NCBI GenBank assembly: GCA_051439425.1
Contig: JBFRWD010000108.1
Coordinates: 1-29,209, forward strand
Origin: Synechococcus sp.
Lineage (GTDB): Bacteria; Cyanobacteriota; Cyanobacteriia; Thermostichales; PCC-7336
Length of the DNA: 29,209 bases
Direction of reading: 5' to 3'
Below the pieces are notes generated by a model. The model was not told the origin of the DNA. It saw only the letters and a program-made list of their open reading frames with translations, and searched no databases. Positions 8,017 to 18,925 of the stretch are shown here, in pieces (the first letter of the stretch is position 1; each line of letters begins with the position of its first letter). The position numbers and the translations under genes are program-made.

Positions 8017-10629
8017 ATGGCTGATTTTTTTGTAACCAATATTAGTGACAGCGGTGATGGCTCTTTGCGTCAGGCCATCCTGGATGCCAACTTAGCGGCT
8101 GGTGCTGACAAAATTACGTTTGACCCATTAATCGGCGGGCAGACCATTGGCCTGTTGGGGACCGAATTGTTGATTACAGACGATTTGGAAATTGATGGCG
8201 AGACTAACAACGTTACCGTGGATGCCAACCAGCAGTCCCGCGTTTTCAACGTTGATGACGGCACTAATGATTCGATTGAGGTCGCCATTGAGGGTCTGAC
8301 GATTAACGGTGGTTCGGCTGGAGTAGGACAGGATTTTATAGGGGGTGGAATCATCAACCGGGAGACCCTAACTCTGACCGATTCCACCATCTTGGGCAAT
8401 ACCACATCAGGAGAGGGCGGCGGGATTTACAACTTTGGCACGTTAACCCTGTCCAATTCCACCGTCTCAGACAACGCCGCAGATGACGATGGTGGTGGGA
8501 TTGCCAACAACTTTGGCAGCACCTTGACCCTGATCGACTCCATCGTCTTAAACAACACCGGAGATGAGGCCGGTGGGATTCAGAATGGTGGTACTGCGAC
8601 CCTGACCAACTCCATCGTCTCAGACAACACCGGAGAGCAGGGCGGCGGGATTTTCAACTATGGCACCCTAACTCTGACCGATTCGACCGTCTCGGGCAAT
8701 ACCTCAACCGGAGAAGAGGGTGGCGGCGGGATTCTCAACAGTGGCACCCTGACCCTGATCGATTCCAACGTCTCAGGTAACACCGCAGCAGAAGAAGACG
8801 GCGGCGGGATTTTCAACGAGGAGGGCACCCTGACCCTGATCGATTCCACCGTCTCAGATAACACAGCATCATACGATGGCGGCGGGATTTTCAATGACCG
8901 CGGAACCGTAACCCTGACCGATTCCACCATCTCGAGCAATTTCGTAAGATCCGATGGCGGCGGGATTCGCAATCATGACGGCAACGTGACTCTGATCAAT
9001 TCCACCGTCTCAGACAATACTTCAGGATCTATCACTGCCTCCGGCGGCGGAATTAGCAACACAGGAACTGTGACCCTGACTGATTCCACCGTATCGGGTA
9101 ATGGAACGCAGAATGCTGGTGCCGGGATTTACAACGATGGCACCGTGACCCTGACCAACTCCACCGTCTCGGGCAATAGCGTAAGCTATTTCGGCGGTGG
9201 GATTTTTAACAGAGGCACTGCGACGCTGATCGACTCCACCGTCTCGGACAATAGCGCAGGAAGGTTCGGTGGCGGTGGGATTGACAATAGAGAGACCCTG
9301 ACCCTGTCCAGTTCCAGCGTCTCAGGCAACCGCTCAGGGGACTATGGCGGCGGGATCGTCAATGGAGGCACTGCTACCTTGACCAATTCCACCGTCTCAG
9401 GCAACACCGCAGACAGATACGGCGGCGGGATTGACAATGGAGGCACAGTAACCTTAAACAACTCCACCGTCTCAGACAACGGTGCAGGCATTTACGGCGG
9501 CGGGATCTTAAATAGTAGCTCTGTGACCCTAACCAACAGCCTAGTTTCTGGCAATACGGCTAACCTCTATGGCTTTCCGTACGACAACCCTGGCAACGAG
9601 GTGTATAGCCGCAATGATGGCATCTCCGCCAATGCCAACAACCTGTTTGGCGACAGCAGCCAGACCGAAGCGGAGGCCTTTTTTGGCTTTACCCCAGGGG
9701 CCAACGATATTGTTGCGACCTCAGATAACACCAGCCCCGCTACCCACATCCCCACTGCCCTGAACAATATCCTGGCGCCCCTAGCGGATAATGGCGGTGC
9801 TACGGAAACCCATGCCCTGGTCGCCGGTAGCCCTGCACTGGATGCCGGAGATAATCCCGATGATTTGGACTTCGATCAAAGAGGAGCAGGATTCCCTCGC
9901 ATCGTTAACGACATAGTCGACATCGGTTCCTTCGAGGCTTCTTTCGACCCCAATCTGATTGTTGGTACACCAGAACGCGATGTTATTTCTGGGACCGATG
10001 GAATGGATATTATTTTAGGTTTGCAGGGGAACGACAGAATTTTTGGAAGAGGAGATGATGACGAAGTAGTTGCAGGAGCTGGAAACGATTTAGTCACTGG
10101 TGGTGATGGAGACGATCTTTTAAGAGACGATCCCAACGGCAATGGGGGTAACGATCAACTTAATGGAAACGATGGAAACGATCGCTTATTTGGAGATGAT
10201 GGAAATGACAAATTGATTGGTGGAAGAGGCAACGATCTATTGTCTGGCGGAAGAGGCAATGACCGTTTGATTGGTGGCAGGGATAATGATATCTATATAT
10301 TTAATAATGAGATTAACTCTCGATTTGATGAACTGGGAGTAGATCGAATTATCGGTTATAAGCCACAAGAAGATATTATCGAACTGAGTTCGACCGGAGG
10401 TTTCTCGCAACTTACACCTGGAGCCTTACCTGCCAATTCTTTCAGTATTGTTGACAATGATTCTATGGCGGATATCGAGGACGCTTTTATCGTTTACAGT
10501 CTAGGAAGTAAGAAGGTTTTTTATAATGAAAATGGAAATCTAGACGGTTTTGGTGGAGGGGGTGCATTTATAGACTTTACAGGCTCGGGAGACCCAGCTC
10601 TCTCTGCAAATGATTTTATCGTCACATAG
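8017..10629 (+). CDS. Large secreted adhesin-like protein: beta-helix repeats, choice-of-anchor-Q-like domain and RTX C-terminal module, 870 aa
   Basis: N-terminus VTNISDSGDGSLRQAI; 16 GGGIxN...TLTxSTVSxN repeats; LADNGGATETHAL...SPALDAG...DQRG...DIGSFE motif; then GGxGxD repeats and the same tail as the 442 and 2875 genes. Confidence 0.9.
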   Translation: MADFFVTNISDSGDGSLRQAILDANLAAGADKITFDPLIGGQTIGLLGTELLITDDLEIDGETNNVTVDANQQSRVFNVDDGTNDSIEVAIEGLTINGGSAGVGQDFIGGGIINRETLTLTDSTILGNTTSGEGGGIYNFGTLTLSNSTVSDNAADDDGGGIANNFGSTLTLIDSIVLNNTGDEAGGIQNGGTATLTNSIVSDNTGEQGGGIFNYGTLTLTDSTVSGNTSTGEEGGGGILNSGTLTLIDSNVSGNTAAEEDGGGIFNEEGTLTLIDSTVSDNTASYDGGGIFNDRGTVTLTDSTISSNFVRSDGGGIRNHDGNVTLINSTVSDNTSGSITASGGGISNTGTVTLTDSTVSGNGTQNAGAGIYNDGTVTLTNSTVSGNSVSYFGGGIFNRGTATLIDSTVSDNSAGRFGGGGIDNRETLTLSSSSVSGNRSGDYGGGIVNGGTATLTNSTVSGNTADRYGGGIDNGGTVTLNNSTVSDNGAGIYGGGILNSSSVTLTNSLVSGNTANLYGFPYDNPGNEVYSRNDGISANANNLFGDSSQTEAEAFFGFTPGANDIVATSDNTSPATHIPTALNNILAPLADNGGATETHALVAGSPALDAGDNPDDLDFDQRGAGFPRIVNDIVDIGSFEASFDPNLIVGTPERDVISGTDGMDIILGLQGNDRIFGRGDDDEVVAGAGNDLVTGGDGDDLLRDDPNGNGGNDQLNGNDGNDRLFGDDGNDKLIGGRGNDLLSGGRGNDRLIGGRDNDIYIFNNEINSRFDELGVDRIIGYKPQEDIIELSSTGGFSQLTPGALPANSFSIVDNDSMADIEDAFIVYSLGSKKVFYNENGNLDGFGGGGAFIDFTGSGDPALSANDFIVT

Positions 10630-10765
10630 AAATCATCTTAATCCTAGGCTTGATTCAAAACCGCGTAGTGTTAAAAATATCAGGGATCTGGGATGAGCTA
10701 ATGATAAGGGCGTTGTTTGGTTTCTCCATCTAACGCTCAATGACTCAACTGGTTGCGGGTTTTGG
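10630..10765 (+). repeat. Conserved 3' flank shared with 3640-3784
   Basis: Direct alignment, with a 9-bp deletion near the 3' end. Confidence 0.9.
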
Positions 10766-10928
10766 ATGTAACCAATCAGATCTGTCGACTTGCATAGCCA
10801 GCTTGTGAATTCAATCGGGTACAAACGAGCTGATTCGGAGTGCTTCAAAAAGTGGCCACTTTGGGTAACAGTCGCAGCAAAAAGTGGCCCAACTATTAGA
10901 TGGGCCAATCAGGCAAAAAGTAGAGAGC

Positions 10929-12146
10929 TCACGCCCTCTGGAAGCGCTGGAATCCCAACATCTCCAGCCAGTACGGATGGGTCTCACCAGTCATCAGTTC
11001 TCTGGGGCTTTCCTCCACTCGCTGTGCCACCTGGCTGCGGATGAAACAGCGGTGATTCAGGAAAAACTGCAACAGGCCCAGATAGGAATCATTCAAATTC
11101 CTGCGCAAGAAAAAATAGTGTTGCAGTCGGCAATTTAGATTCTCCACCAGTGAGCTGGCTCTCGGAGCCTGCTTGAGCGCCTCAGCTACAGCTTTCATCA
11201 CCCCATGAAACTGCCCGGAGAGCTGGGAATGCAACTGGTTCCAGCGCTCCCAGTAGGGATTTGATGTCGGTCGTTTGCGCTCGAGGATCCCAGCGAACGC
11301 TAATAAATCATCTCTCTGTCTACTCAACGCCTTGCGGAGTGTGCGAATCGCTGGGTGTTGCTTGCACTCTAGCTTCTGGAGTTCGATGACGATGAAATGG
11401 AACACATCTCCATGGCAGGGAGTCTCGGGTATCACTGCTTTCTGACCCGCCCTCAACCCTTACCCGCCATCCCCGATGGTGTAGTCGGGAGCAAACCCTT
11501 GCTCTATCTATTCGAGGAGATACCAACCCCAAGTATCCTCATCTTGCTACTCCACTCCTTGCAGCAAATAGCAATACGTCGATGCCACATCCACTCCAGC
11601 TAATACCGGTTGCGAGCGCTGGTAAATTTCGTCATGCAAGCCGACTTCGAACCCTGATAGGTCCCGGGATTCATTGACCTCAGTTGCGAGCGTTGATGCT
11701 AATTGGAGGCGATTGTGGACTGATATGCAGATCGAATAGATCGCGAAACAATTCGACCACACCTCGGTAGGAGCAGTGGCAAATCAGCACCCATGCCAGG
11801 ACCGATTGGAACAGTCAAGTCTTAGTGACCGGAAAATGGAACAGTACCTCTGATTCATCCGCTGTAGAACTGAAGGAATCCTCCAGGGCTTGCTGAGCTT
11901 TGTGAGCTTGCTGGTAAACGAACTTAAGACTCATCTGAAAGTCAGCTGCCAAGTGACTGATCGATTCTGATTAGGAAAGAGCCTGAATCGCGATCTCTTG
12001 ACGGATTTCTGGACACAAGCTGGCGGCGACTGACGGGGCTGAATACATCCGGGGTGGGAAATGGGATACGTCAAACATCGAGTATCCTGGCTCCCTTTCT
12101 ACTCGGACCAAAACCCATGCCAACACTACTGATTTGCACGAGAACC
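10929..12146 (-). mobile_element. Degenerate IS with fragmented DDE-type transposase (family not assigned)
   Basis: Fragments from ATG 12048: ...LICHCSYRGVVELFRDLFD..., LHDEIYQRSQPVLAGVDVASTYCYLL, RASSLVENLNCRLQHYFFLRR...SPRELMTGETHPYWLEMLG, with stops and frameshifts. End-like GGTTCTCGTGCAAATCAG at 12146. Confidence 0.7.
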
Positions 12147-12268
12147 TCGGCTTGAGTGTTACCCCGCATTGAACCTCGCCATATTTTGTATTTTGACCGG
12201 CCCGTCCCCCCCCCTGTATTCAGTAGGATCGGTCATAGTGAATTCGGAACTCAACTCGTTGCCGCGAG

Positions 12269-15200
12269 GTGCCTGTGCCAGTATCCCCAAACTCCTCTCA
12301 ACATTTATTTGCCCAGCTTCAATCCGCAAATGCCATCATCGAGCGACTAGGGGTTTGGCGAGATCCCGAATCAAGAGAGCTTCACCTGCAGGAAAACCCC
12401 GTTGAAGTGGCGCATCGACTGGCCACTGGGCTAGTGGAAAAGTTGAAGCTGGCATCTGCTTTTGTGTGGTTTTACGATGCAGCGAATGATGCCTTAACGA
12501 TTCAGGCCGCCGCCGGTTTGATTAGTCCGGCAATGGAACAGATTAGCCAGCTTGTGCCGGACGATAGTCCGATTGGTGCACTAGTGCGCAGCCGCGCCCC
12601 CAAGCTCAGCAACAATCTGAAGGATGAGCCTTGGATTCAGAGTCCACAATGGATCAAGCGCGAAAAATTAGTGGGCTTTGCGGGATATCCCATTACGTTG
12701 GGAACCGATCTAATGGGATGCGTGGCGGTATTCAGTCACTCCACACTGGAACCGGAATTTTTGGAGGTATTACAGTTCATTAGCACCCATACTGCCAGTG
12801 CGATCGCCACCGCCCGACAAGCGCAACAGTTGCGCCAACAAGCCAATCGCGATGCAATTCTGCGAGCCGTGGGCCAAAAACTGAGACAGGCCGTTGGGGT
12901 GGCTGAAGTATTGCACGCCACTGTGGAGTCAGTGGGGGAAGCCTTTCAGGCCGATCGCGTTCGGGTGACCTTGGGGTTGGTTGTGTCCTCGAAAGCTCGG
13001 CCCAAATTTTGCTTGCAGGCCTATTCATCCCCCGAAGTACGGTCTATTCCTGTCGATCCGCAGGGGTTAACAGCACTGCTAAAAACGTTTGCTCCCTCCC
13101 CTGCAATGCGGGACACTGCTTGGTTCGATCTCGCCGAGACTGGGCTAGTGGCACCCGGAGAGCACGAGCGTTTGCGCCACAACTTATTTCACGCGGGGTA
13201 TCGCACCCTAGTCACAGTCCCTATTGTGCTGATGGAGGCTGCCCGTGAAGAAGTCATGGCCCATCTCTATTTGGGGTGGAGAGGACACATTCCCCTTGAT
13301 TCCGAACATCGCGAGTTGCTGCAGGCGATCGCTGCCCAAGTGGCCGTGGCCCTCAACAAGGCTCGATTATTAGAGCAATTTCAACGGCAAGCAGAACGGC
13401 AGGCATTGCTGTATCGCATGACCGATCGGATTCGCTTCTCCCTCAACTTAGACGAGATCTTACAGGCGGCAGTTACCGAGGTGGGGGAAGCGTTGCATGC
13501 AAGCCGCGCTCAGTTTTTATTCGGGGATTCCAGCCTAGAGTCGGTCACCTACCGGTATGCCTATGCTCAACCTGGCATTGATTCCTGGCTGGATCGCGAT
13601 GTTTCCTTAAAAGGAAATGCATTGGCTATGAAACTGTTTCGGCCGGACGAAGCGATTGTGATTGAGGGGTGGTCATCCCTGTATGCGATCGAGCCGAGAA
13701 ATCAGCGTGCCCTCTACAATGCCGGCGTTCAGTCGTTGATTGTCGCCGGAATGAACTTGGGTCAAGATCATTACGGTATTTTGAGCGTCCATCGTTGCCG
13801 TCCCGACTATTACCAACTTCCCGAAGCGACGAGCGTGGCTGCAGGGCAAACAACTGGGTTTATTGCCAGCGCATCTACCTATGCCAGTACCCCGTTAGGG
13901 TGGACAGACGCCGATCGCAAATTACTCAAGGCGGTGGCGGAACAGTTGACCATTGCGATCAATCAATCTCGCCTTTACGAAAAAACTCAGCGACAGGCAA
14001 AGCGAGAATCCTTACTGAATGAGATTAGCGCTGACATTCGCAATTCTCTTGACCCCACCCAAGTGCTTGAGTCCATCGAACAATCGCTAGCCGCTGCATT
14101 GGAATTGGAGGACTGCAAAATTCAGCTGTATGACAACAGCATTGCCCCGCCGTTTACGGTGGTTGCCATAGATGAAAGCCCCGATATTCAACAGCTCGAT
14201 TTATATGAAACCCTAACCAATGGGTATCCACTGCAGTTAGTCTCTGAAGATTTTCAGTACATCTCCGAGGCCGAACGGGAGTTTTTCCAACTGACCAATA
14301 TCGGGTGCTGCGCGCTGCTGCCTTTGGTGCAGGCTGGGGAGCTGATGGGCACGATCTTAATGACGGTTCCCAGTGCCGAACCCATCTTTCCCCAGGAGAA
14401 ATTTTTGCTGGCGATCGCTGTAGCGGAGCAGGCCGGTATTGCTCTCAAGCAAGCTCAACTGTACGACCGTGCCCGCCGCCTCGCCCAACGAGAAACGCTG
14501 TTGCGCCAACTCGCCCAGTCTCTGACCGGCACCTCCACCGTAGGAGGCATTATTCAATTTGCGCTCAAGGGAATGGCAGATGCGTTGAGTGTCAGTCGCT
14601 GCGAATTTATTACGCTGTCATCACAGCACAGCCAGCACCAAGTGTTGTCTTCAGAAGACCTACAGCAGCAGATTGGCGAACAAATTCAGCGTAATATTGC
14701 TCAATCGACCAAGGTTGAGCCGGAGTCACAGCCAGCGCAATTCAAAGTGACCCAGCGATTTGAGCGTGAGGATACGGCCACTCAATCCGCGTTCTCTGAG
14801 GAGCCGATGGGGGCCAAAGTCTCCGAGGTAATCTCCGATCTGAGTTGGTTGTTGCTGATTACCTGCTACGGACAGCGGGACAGTCTGATGATTGAAGATG
14901 TGCGCACCTACCCAATTGCTCCACAGGCCCGTCAAAACTTAATCGATGCTGGGATTGCTGGGTTGGTAGCCGTGCCCATCACGATTGAAGCCGAGGTGTT
15001 GGGGGTGTTGTGTGCGACGGTTGCGGAGCACGAACAATTGGAGGGGAGCGAACTCCGCACGGTGACGGGATTTGCAACCGCCGAATTAGAGTTGTTGGAG
15101 GCAATTGCCGACATGACGGCTGTGGCGGTGCAGCGCACGCAGTTTTCCGAACAAGCCCGCATGCAAGATGCGATGGCGGCTGCCTTGCGCGGGTTATCGG

Positions 15201-15832
15201 AGGGACGCGAGGCAGAAAGTAAGCGGTTAGCAGCCGATTTGCACGATCAAACCATTGCGGATTTGGGGGCAATGTCTCGCAAGATGCGCCAATTGGCGGA
15301 CGATCCCGGAATGAATGCTGAGGAGCGTCAGCAGGAAATTACCAGTATCAGCCAGCAGTTGCAGGAAACCATTGCCGAATTGCGCTGCATTGTGGAAGAT
15401 CTACAGCCGACAGCCATGCGAGCGTTTAATTTAGGGTCGGCACTGCGCAGCTTGTTGGAACGGGCCGCTCAGCGATCGCACACATCCTTACTGACTCGGT
15501 TTGACGATCGCACCGATGGGGAACTGAATCGCCTTGAACCGTTGACCCAAAGTACGCTGTTTCGCATCGTGCAAGAGGCGCTCAACAATGTGGTTAAGCA
15601 TGCCGGGGCGACTCGTGTCGATTGTAGTATCCGGGCCATAGACAAGTATTTGGAAGTGAAGGTTATCGATAACGGTCGCGGTATGCCGGATAATCCCACG
15701 CGAGAAGGATCTCACGGTCTGCTGAATATGCGCTATCGAGCGGAGTTGATCGGTGGCGAGATTAGTTGGAATGCCCGCAAAACCGATACCGGCACAATTG
15801 CTCGTTTACTCGTTCCCTTACCCCGCGAGTAA
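12269..15832 (+). CDS. Cytoplasmic multi-GAF sensor histidine kinase (HisKA_3/HATPase_c), 1187 aa
   Basis: About five GAF-like units ending in (LL)xA[IV]AxQxx[IV]A; H-box ESKRLAADLHD; N-box LFRIVQEALNNVVKHA; DNGRG; GSHGLLNMRYRA; no obvious TM helices. Confidence 0.92.
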   Translation: MPVPVSPNSSQHLFAQLQSANAIIERLGVWRDPESRELHLQENPVEVAHRLATGLVEKLKLASAFVWFYDAANDALTIQAAAGLISPAMEQISQLVPDDSPIGALVRSRAPKLSNNLKDEPWIQSPQWIKREKLVGFAGYPITLGTDLMGCVAVFSHSTLEPEFLEVLQFISTHTASAIATARQAQQLRQQANRDAILRAVGQKLRQAVGVAEVLHATVESVGEAFQADRVRVTLGLVVSSKARPKFCLQAYSSPEVRSIPVDPQGLTALLKTFAPSPAMRDTAWFDLAETGLVAPGEHERLRHNLFHAGYRTLVTVPIVLMEAAREEVMAHLYLGWRGHIPLDSEHRELLQAIAAQVAVALNKARLLEQFQRQAERQALLYRMTDRIRFSLNLDEILQAAVTEVGEALHASRAQFLFGDSSLESVTYRYAYAQPGIDSWLDRDVSLKGNALAMKLFRPDEAIVIEGWSSLYAIEPRNQRALYNAGVQSLIVAGMNLGQDHYGILSVHRCRPDYYQLPEATSVAAGQTTGFIASASTYASTPLGWTDADRKLLKAVAEQLTIAINQSRLYEKTQRQAKRESLLNEISADIRNSLDPTQVLESIEQSLAAALELEDCKIQLYDNSIAPPFTVVAIDESPDIQQLDLYETLTNGYPLQLVSEDFQYISEAEREFFQLTNIGCCALLPLVQAGELMGTILMTVPSAEPIFPQEKFLLAIAVAEQAGIALKQAQLYDRARRLAQRETLLRQLAQSLTGTSTVGGIIQFALKGMADALSVSRCEFITLSSQHSQHQVLSSEDLQQQIGEQIQRNIAQSTKVEPESQPAQFKVTQRFEREDTATQSAFSEEPMGAKVSEVISDLSWLLLITCYGQRDSLMIEDVRTYPIAPQARQNLIDAGIAGLVAVPITIEAEVLGVLCATVAEHEQLEGSELRTVTGFATAELELLEAIADMTAVAVQRTQFSEQARMQDAMAAALRGLSEGREAESKRLAADLHDQTIADLGAMSRKMRQLADDPGMNAEERQQEITSISQQLQETIAELRCIVEDLQPTAMRAFNLGSALRSLLERAAQRSHTSLLTRFDDRTDGELNRLEPLTQSTLFRIVQEALNNVVKHAGATRVDCSIRAIDKYLEVKVIDNGRGMPDNPTREGSHGLLNMRYRAELIGGEISWNARKTDTGTIARLLVPLPRE

Positions 15833-15947
15833 TGTATCGGCGAAAGCGTGATGGGTGAATCGCCGCCTCCAAGCTTGCTGGAATGCATCGTTCTGCTGGA
15901 TAGCCCGATGCCAAGCCTGACAAAACAGTGGATTGAGTATCGCAGAC

Positions 15948-17135
15948 ATGAGCCGCACTAAGATTTTGTGGAAACCGGTGTTGGCTTTGGGGGGGGTGCA
16001 GGCCTCAATCACCCTCACTTGGGTGATTTACAACCTGTATCTGCCCAGTTTGCTCGGTCAATTTGGGTTTGGTGCGGGTGCCATATTCTGGGTGATTTTT
16101 GTAGAGGCCGCCTTAGCGATCGCGATGGAGCCGTTGATGGGCAATTTCTCCGATCGCTTGCAGCGAACGCTCACCACGAATTTTCCCTTCATCTTTGCCG
16201 GAATCGTACTGTCTTCCGGACTGTTTATTGCCATTCCCATCTTAGTCGTAGCAGGCCACACCCATAGGTTAGTGAGAGTACTGCTGCCGCTGCTGATGGT
16301 GGCGTGGGCATTAGCGATGAGCTGTTTTCGCAGTCCGGCTCTCTCGCTGTTAGGTCGCTACGCTATCCAAACCCAATGGGCGCCGGCCGCCGCTGTACTG
16401 ACCATGTTGGGGTCTCTAGCTAGCTCTGTAGGTGTGTTCACGAGAGGTTTTTTATTGAGTTTGGGGCCGGTTGTCACATTCGGAGTGGGATCGCTAGTTT
16501 TACTAGGGGCCGCATCGATGTTGCGTGCGTCATCTCCTCAACAATCCGTCCCTGAATGGCAGGAGAAATCGGTCGATCGGGACACCCTGTCGTGGCCAGC
16601 ATTAGGACTCGTATTTGTGGCAGGAGTGGGAATCGCGATCGGGGTTCAGCTAGCACTCACAACGTTTGCGGATGTGTTGAGCGATCGCATACCGAGCAGC
16701 GCTGCGGGACTAATTTTGGCGGGGATATTTTTAGCGCAAGCGTTCGCCGCTATTCCCGCCGGTCAGTTGGCAAGCAAATTGGGTCTTCAGCGGGCCATGC
16801 TTGCCGCATTGGCCGTGTTGGCAATCGTAAATTTGAATATTGTCTGGTTGACAAATGGAACGCTCACTGCGATCGCGATGCTGTTGTGGGGAGTAACAGC
16901 TAGTGTGGTGGCTACAAGTAGCGTTCCGTTTGCCCTAAGTTTGGTGCCGCCTCAGAAAGCCGGACTGGGTACGGGAATGTATTTTAGCGGCGGTGCGGCA
17001 GCCCTCAGCCTGTTAGCGATTCTGCGGCAGAACGTTGGTTGGTCGAACGGTATGTCTTTGGGGGTCGGGGCGATCGCCTTTGGTGTTGCGGCTTTGGGTA
17101 TTCAACTGAGCACGAATGTGAAACAGCAGCACTAG
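15948..17135 (+). CDS. MFS transporter
   Basis: About 12 hydrophobic segments; motif-A-like GNFSDRLQR and GQLASKLGLQR. ATG at 15948 preferred over TTG at 15933. Confidence 0.88.
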   Translation: MSRTKILWKPVLALGGVQASITLTWVIYNLYLPSLLGQFGFGAGAIFWVIFVEAALAIAMEPLMGNFSDRLQRTLTTNFPFIFAGIVLSSGLFIAIPILVVAGHTHRLVRVLLPLLMVAWALAMSCFRSPALSLLGRYAIQTQWAPAAAVLTMLGSLASSVGVFTRGFLLSLGPVVTFGVGSLVLLGAASMLRASSPQQSVPEWQEKSVDRDTLSWPALGLVFVAGVGIAIGVQLALTTFADVLSDRIPSSAAGLILAGIFLAQAFAAIPAGQLASKLGLQRAMLAALAVLAIVNLNIVWLTNGTLTAIAMLLWGVTASVVATSSVPFALSLVPPQKAGLGTGMYFSGGAAALSLLAILRQNVGWSNGMSLGVGAIAFGVAALGIQLSTNVKQQH

Positions 17136-17165
17136 TGCCCGAATTATCATGCTTGTTCTTCACCC

Positions 17166-17193
17166 AAAAACTGGGACGCAAAATGCATCCCAG
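17166..17193 (-). terminator. Intrinsic terminator of the fasciclin gene
   Basis: On the minus strand CTGGGATGCA-ttt-TGCGTCCCAG-TTTTT, between convergent genes. Confidence 0.65.
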
Positions 17194-17232
17194 CGAAGTT
17201 AGTTACACGTGCTTATTTAGTGAAGTGAATGC

Positions 17233-18153
17233 CTATTCGACTTCGGGAGCCAGTTCCTCAGTGTCAGGCGCTAACTCAGTCTCGGGAGTCGTGTCGACTT
17301 CGGGGGCCAAAGCAATAGGCTCGGGCAGGATGACCGAATCGACAACGTGAATGACACCGTTCGAGGCTTCAACATCAGGTTCAACTACGTTGGCTTCGTT
17401 AACGTTGACACCGTCTTCCAGAGAGATATCAACCGTATTGCCTTCAACCGTTTGCACTTCACCCTCTTGCAAATCGGTAGAAAGAACTTTGCCAGGGACA
17501 ACATGGTAAGTCAGCAGGGCAATCAGTTGCTCTTGGTTCTCGGGCTGCAACAGCGCTTCAAGCTGCCCCCCAGGCAGAGCGTAGAATGCATCATCAGTGG
17601 GGGCAAAGACCGTGAAGGGGCCGTCGCTTTCCAATAGCTCGGTCAAGCCAGCAGCTTCGAGGGCAGTTGCGAGCACTTCAAAGCTACCGGCACTTTCGGC
17701 CACGTCAATGATGGTGCCAGAGTCTTCCCGAGCAATCGACTCTTCGGAAAGAGAGTCCTCTTGAGCTAAGTCATCTGCAATGGGGTCTTTGGACGCAACG
17801 TCCTCAGTTAGTGCCTCATCCTGAGCAATGGGCTCTTCAACCATCGACTCATCGACAGCAATGTCTTCACCAGCAATGTCATCACTAGCAATATCTTTGC
17901 CGAGCGTCTCTTCTGTGGCCATAGGATCTTCCGCCAGTGTGTCTTCAGCGGGCTCTTCCAATTCACCAAGCGTAGGTGTGTCTTCAGATAGGGCCTCCGC
18001 ACCAAGAGTGTCGCCAGTTAAGGTGGAGTCTTCAGAAGCTTGCTCCTGCATGACTTCGCTGTCTAGGTCGGGTTCCTGAGCGATCGCGAAGCCCACAGAT
18101 CCGGCGCCAAAAAGCAGCAAAGCAGCGGCGAACTTGACTGTAGTACTTTTCAC
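17233..18153 (-). CDS. Secreted fasciclin (FAS1) domain protein with long acidic linker
   Basis: Signal peptide (...FAIA/Q); GPFTVFAPTDDAF, LLTYHVVPG and NGVIHVVDSVILP FAS1 motifs; D/E-rich short repeats. Confidence 0.93.
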   Translation of the reverse strand: MKSTTVKFAAALLLFGAGSVGFAIAQEPDLDSEVMQEQASEDSTLTGDTLGAEALSEDTPTLGELEEPAEDTLAEDPMATEETLGKDIASDDIAGEDIAVDESMVEEPIAQDEALTEDVASKDPIADDLAQEDSLSEESIAREDSGTIIDVAESAGSFEVLATALEAAGLTELLESDGPFTVFAPTDDAFYALPGGQLEALLQPENQEQLIALLTYHVVPGKVLSTDLQEGEVQTVEGNTVDISLEDGVNVNEANVVEPDVEASNGVIHVVDSVILPEPIALAPEVDTTPETELAPDTEELAPEVE

Positions 18154-18925
18154 AATTACGTCCTTTCCAAAACTAGGAGTTACGAGGTCTGCATGGGAAT
18201 AAATATGTTCCCGAAAATTACCAGTAAGCGAATATAAATTGTTGTCGCTAATCGACAGTCCTCGGTTGACTATTTCACGCTAAAAATGAAAGGTAAAGAA
18301 CTTGATAATGAATTTTATTTTCAATCGAAATAGATCTTCGTTTTGCAAAATCCAGAATCTTATATTTCCATCGAGCGCAATAGAAAAGCCTCAAAAGCCT
18401 GCTCCAGTATCTCAAAACATCCGATCAAATCTAGCCAATATAGGAACTACATTGCTTGCTATCCACAGGAAAAATTACCCTCGCACCCCATATATAGAAG
18501 CGATTCCTGAGGACTGGCCGACTGGAAACTCATCTGTTGCAGCAACAGGCTGTTACCACCCGATACGGTTTGAAGTAGATGAGGATTTAAACTAACGGAA
18601 GAATAGGTTGCGCGAAATGGAATAAAGGTATTTTGCAGGCAAAACTAGGATTTCCTTAAATCATTTCCCCCTTTTTGATGATTTTTTGTGTTATTCCTTT
18701 TTGGCTTTGTGTGGTTCCATTTTGACTATGTCTTATTGAGAGTTCTAAGGAAAGGTTGTTGGCAACTCTAGCTGCGTTTAAGCGTAATGGACGATCGATG
18801 TCTACAGGAGTTCTGTGGAAAAGTCTAGATCGCACTTACCCAGTCACTCGCTACCTCTGATTTCTTCCGATAACTGCAGAACTATTTAGCAGCCCGAAAG
18901 AGAGTGGCTTTGTATGCTTTAGTAA

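Noticed and set aside
8340..9560. Variable beta-helix repeats as a diversity-generating retroelement target
   Set aside because: No reverse transcriptase or template/variable repeat pair; ordinary coding repeats.
18302..18595. 97-aa ORF between the fasciclin gene and glgX
   Set aside because: AT-rich divergent promoter region, weak start, no recognisable motif.
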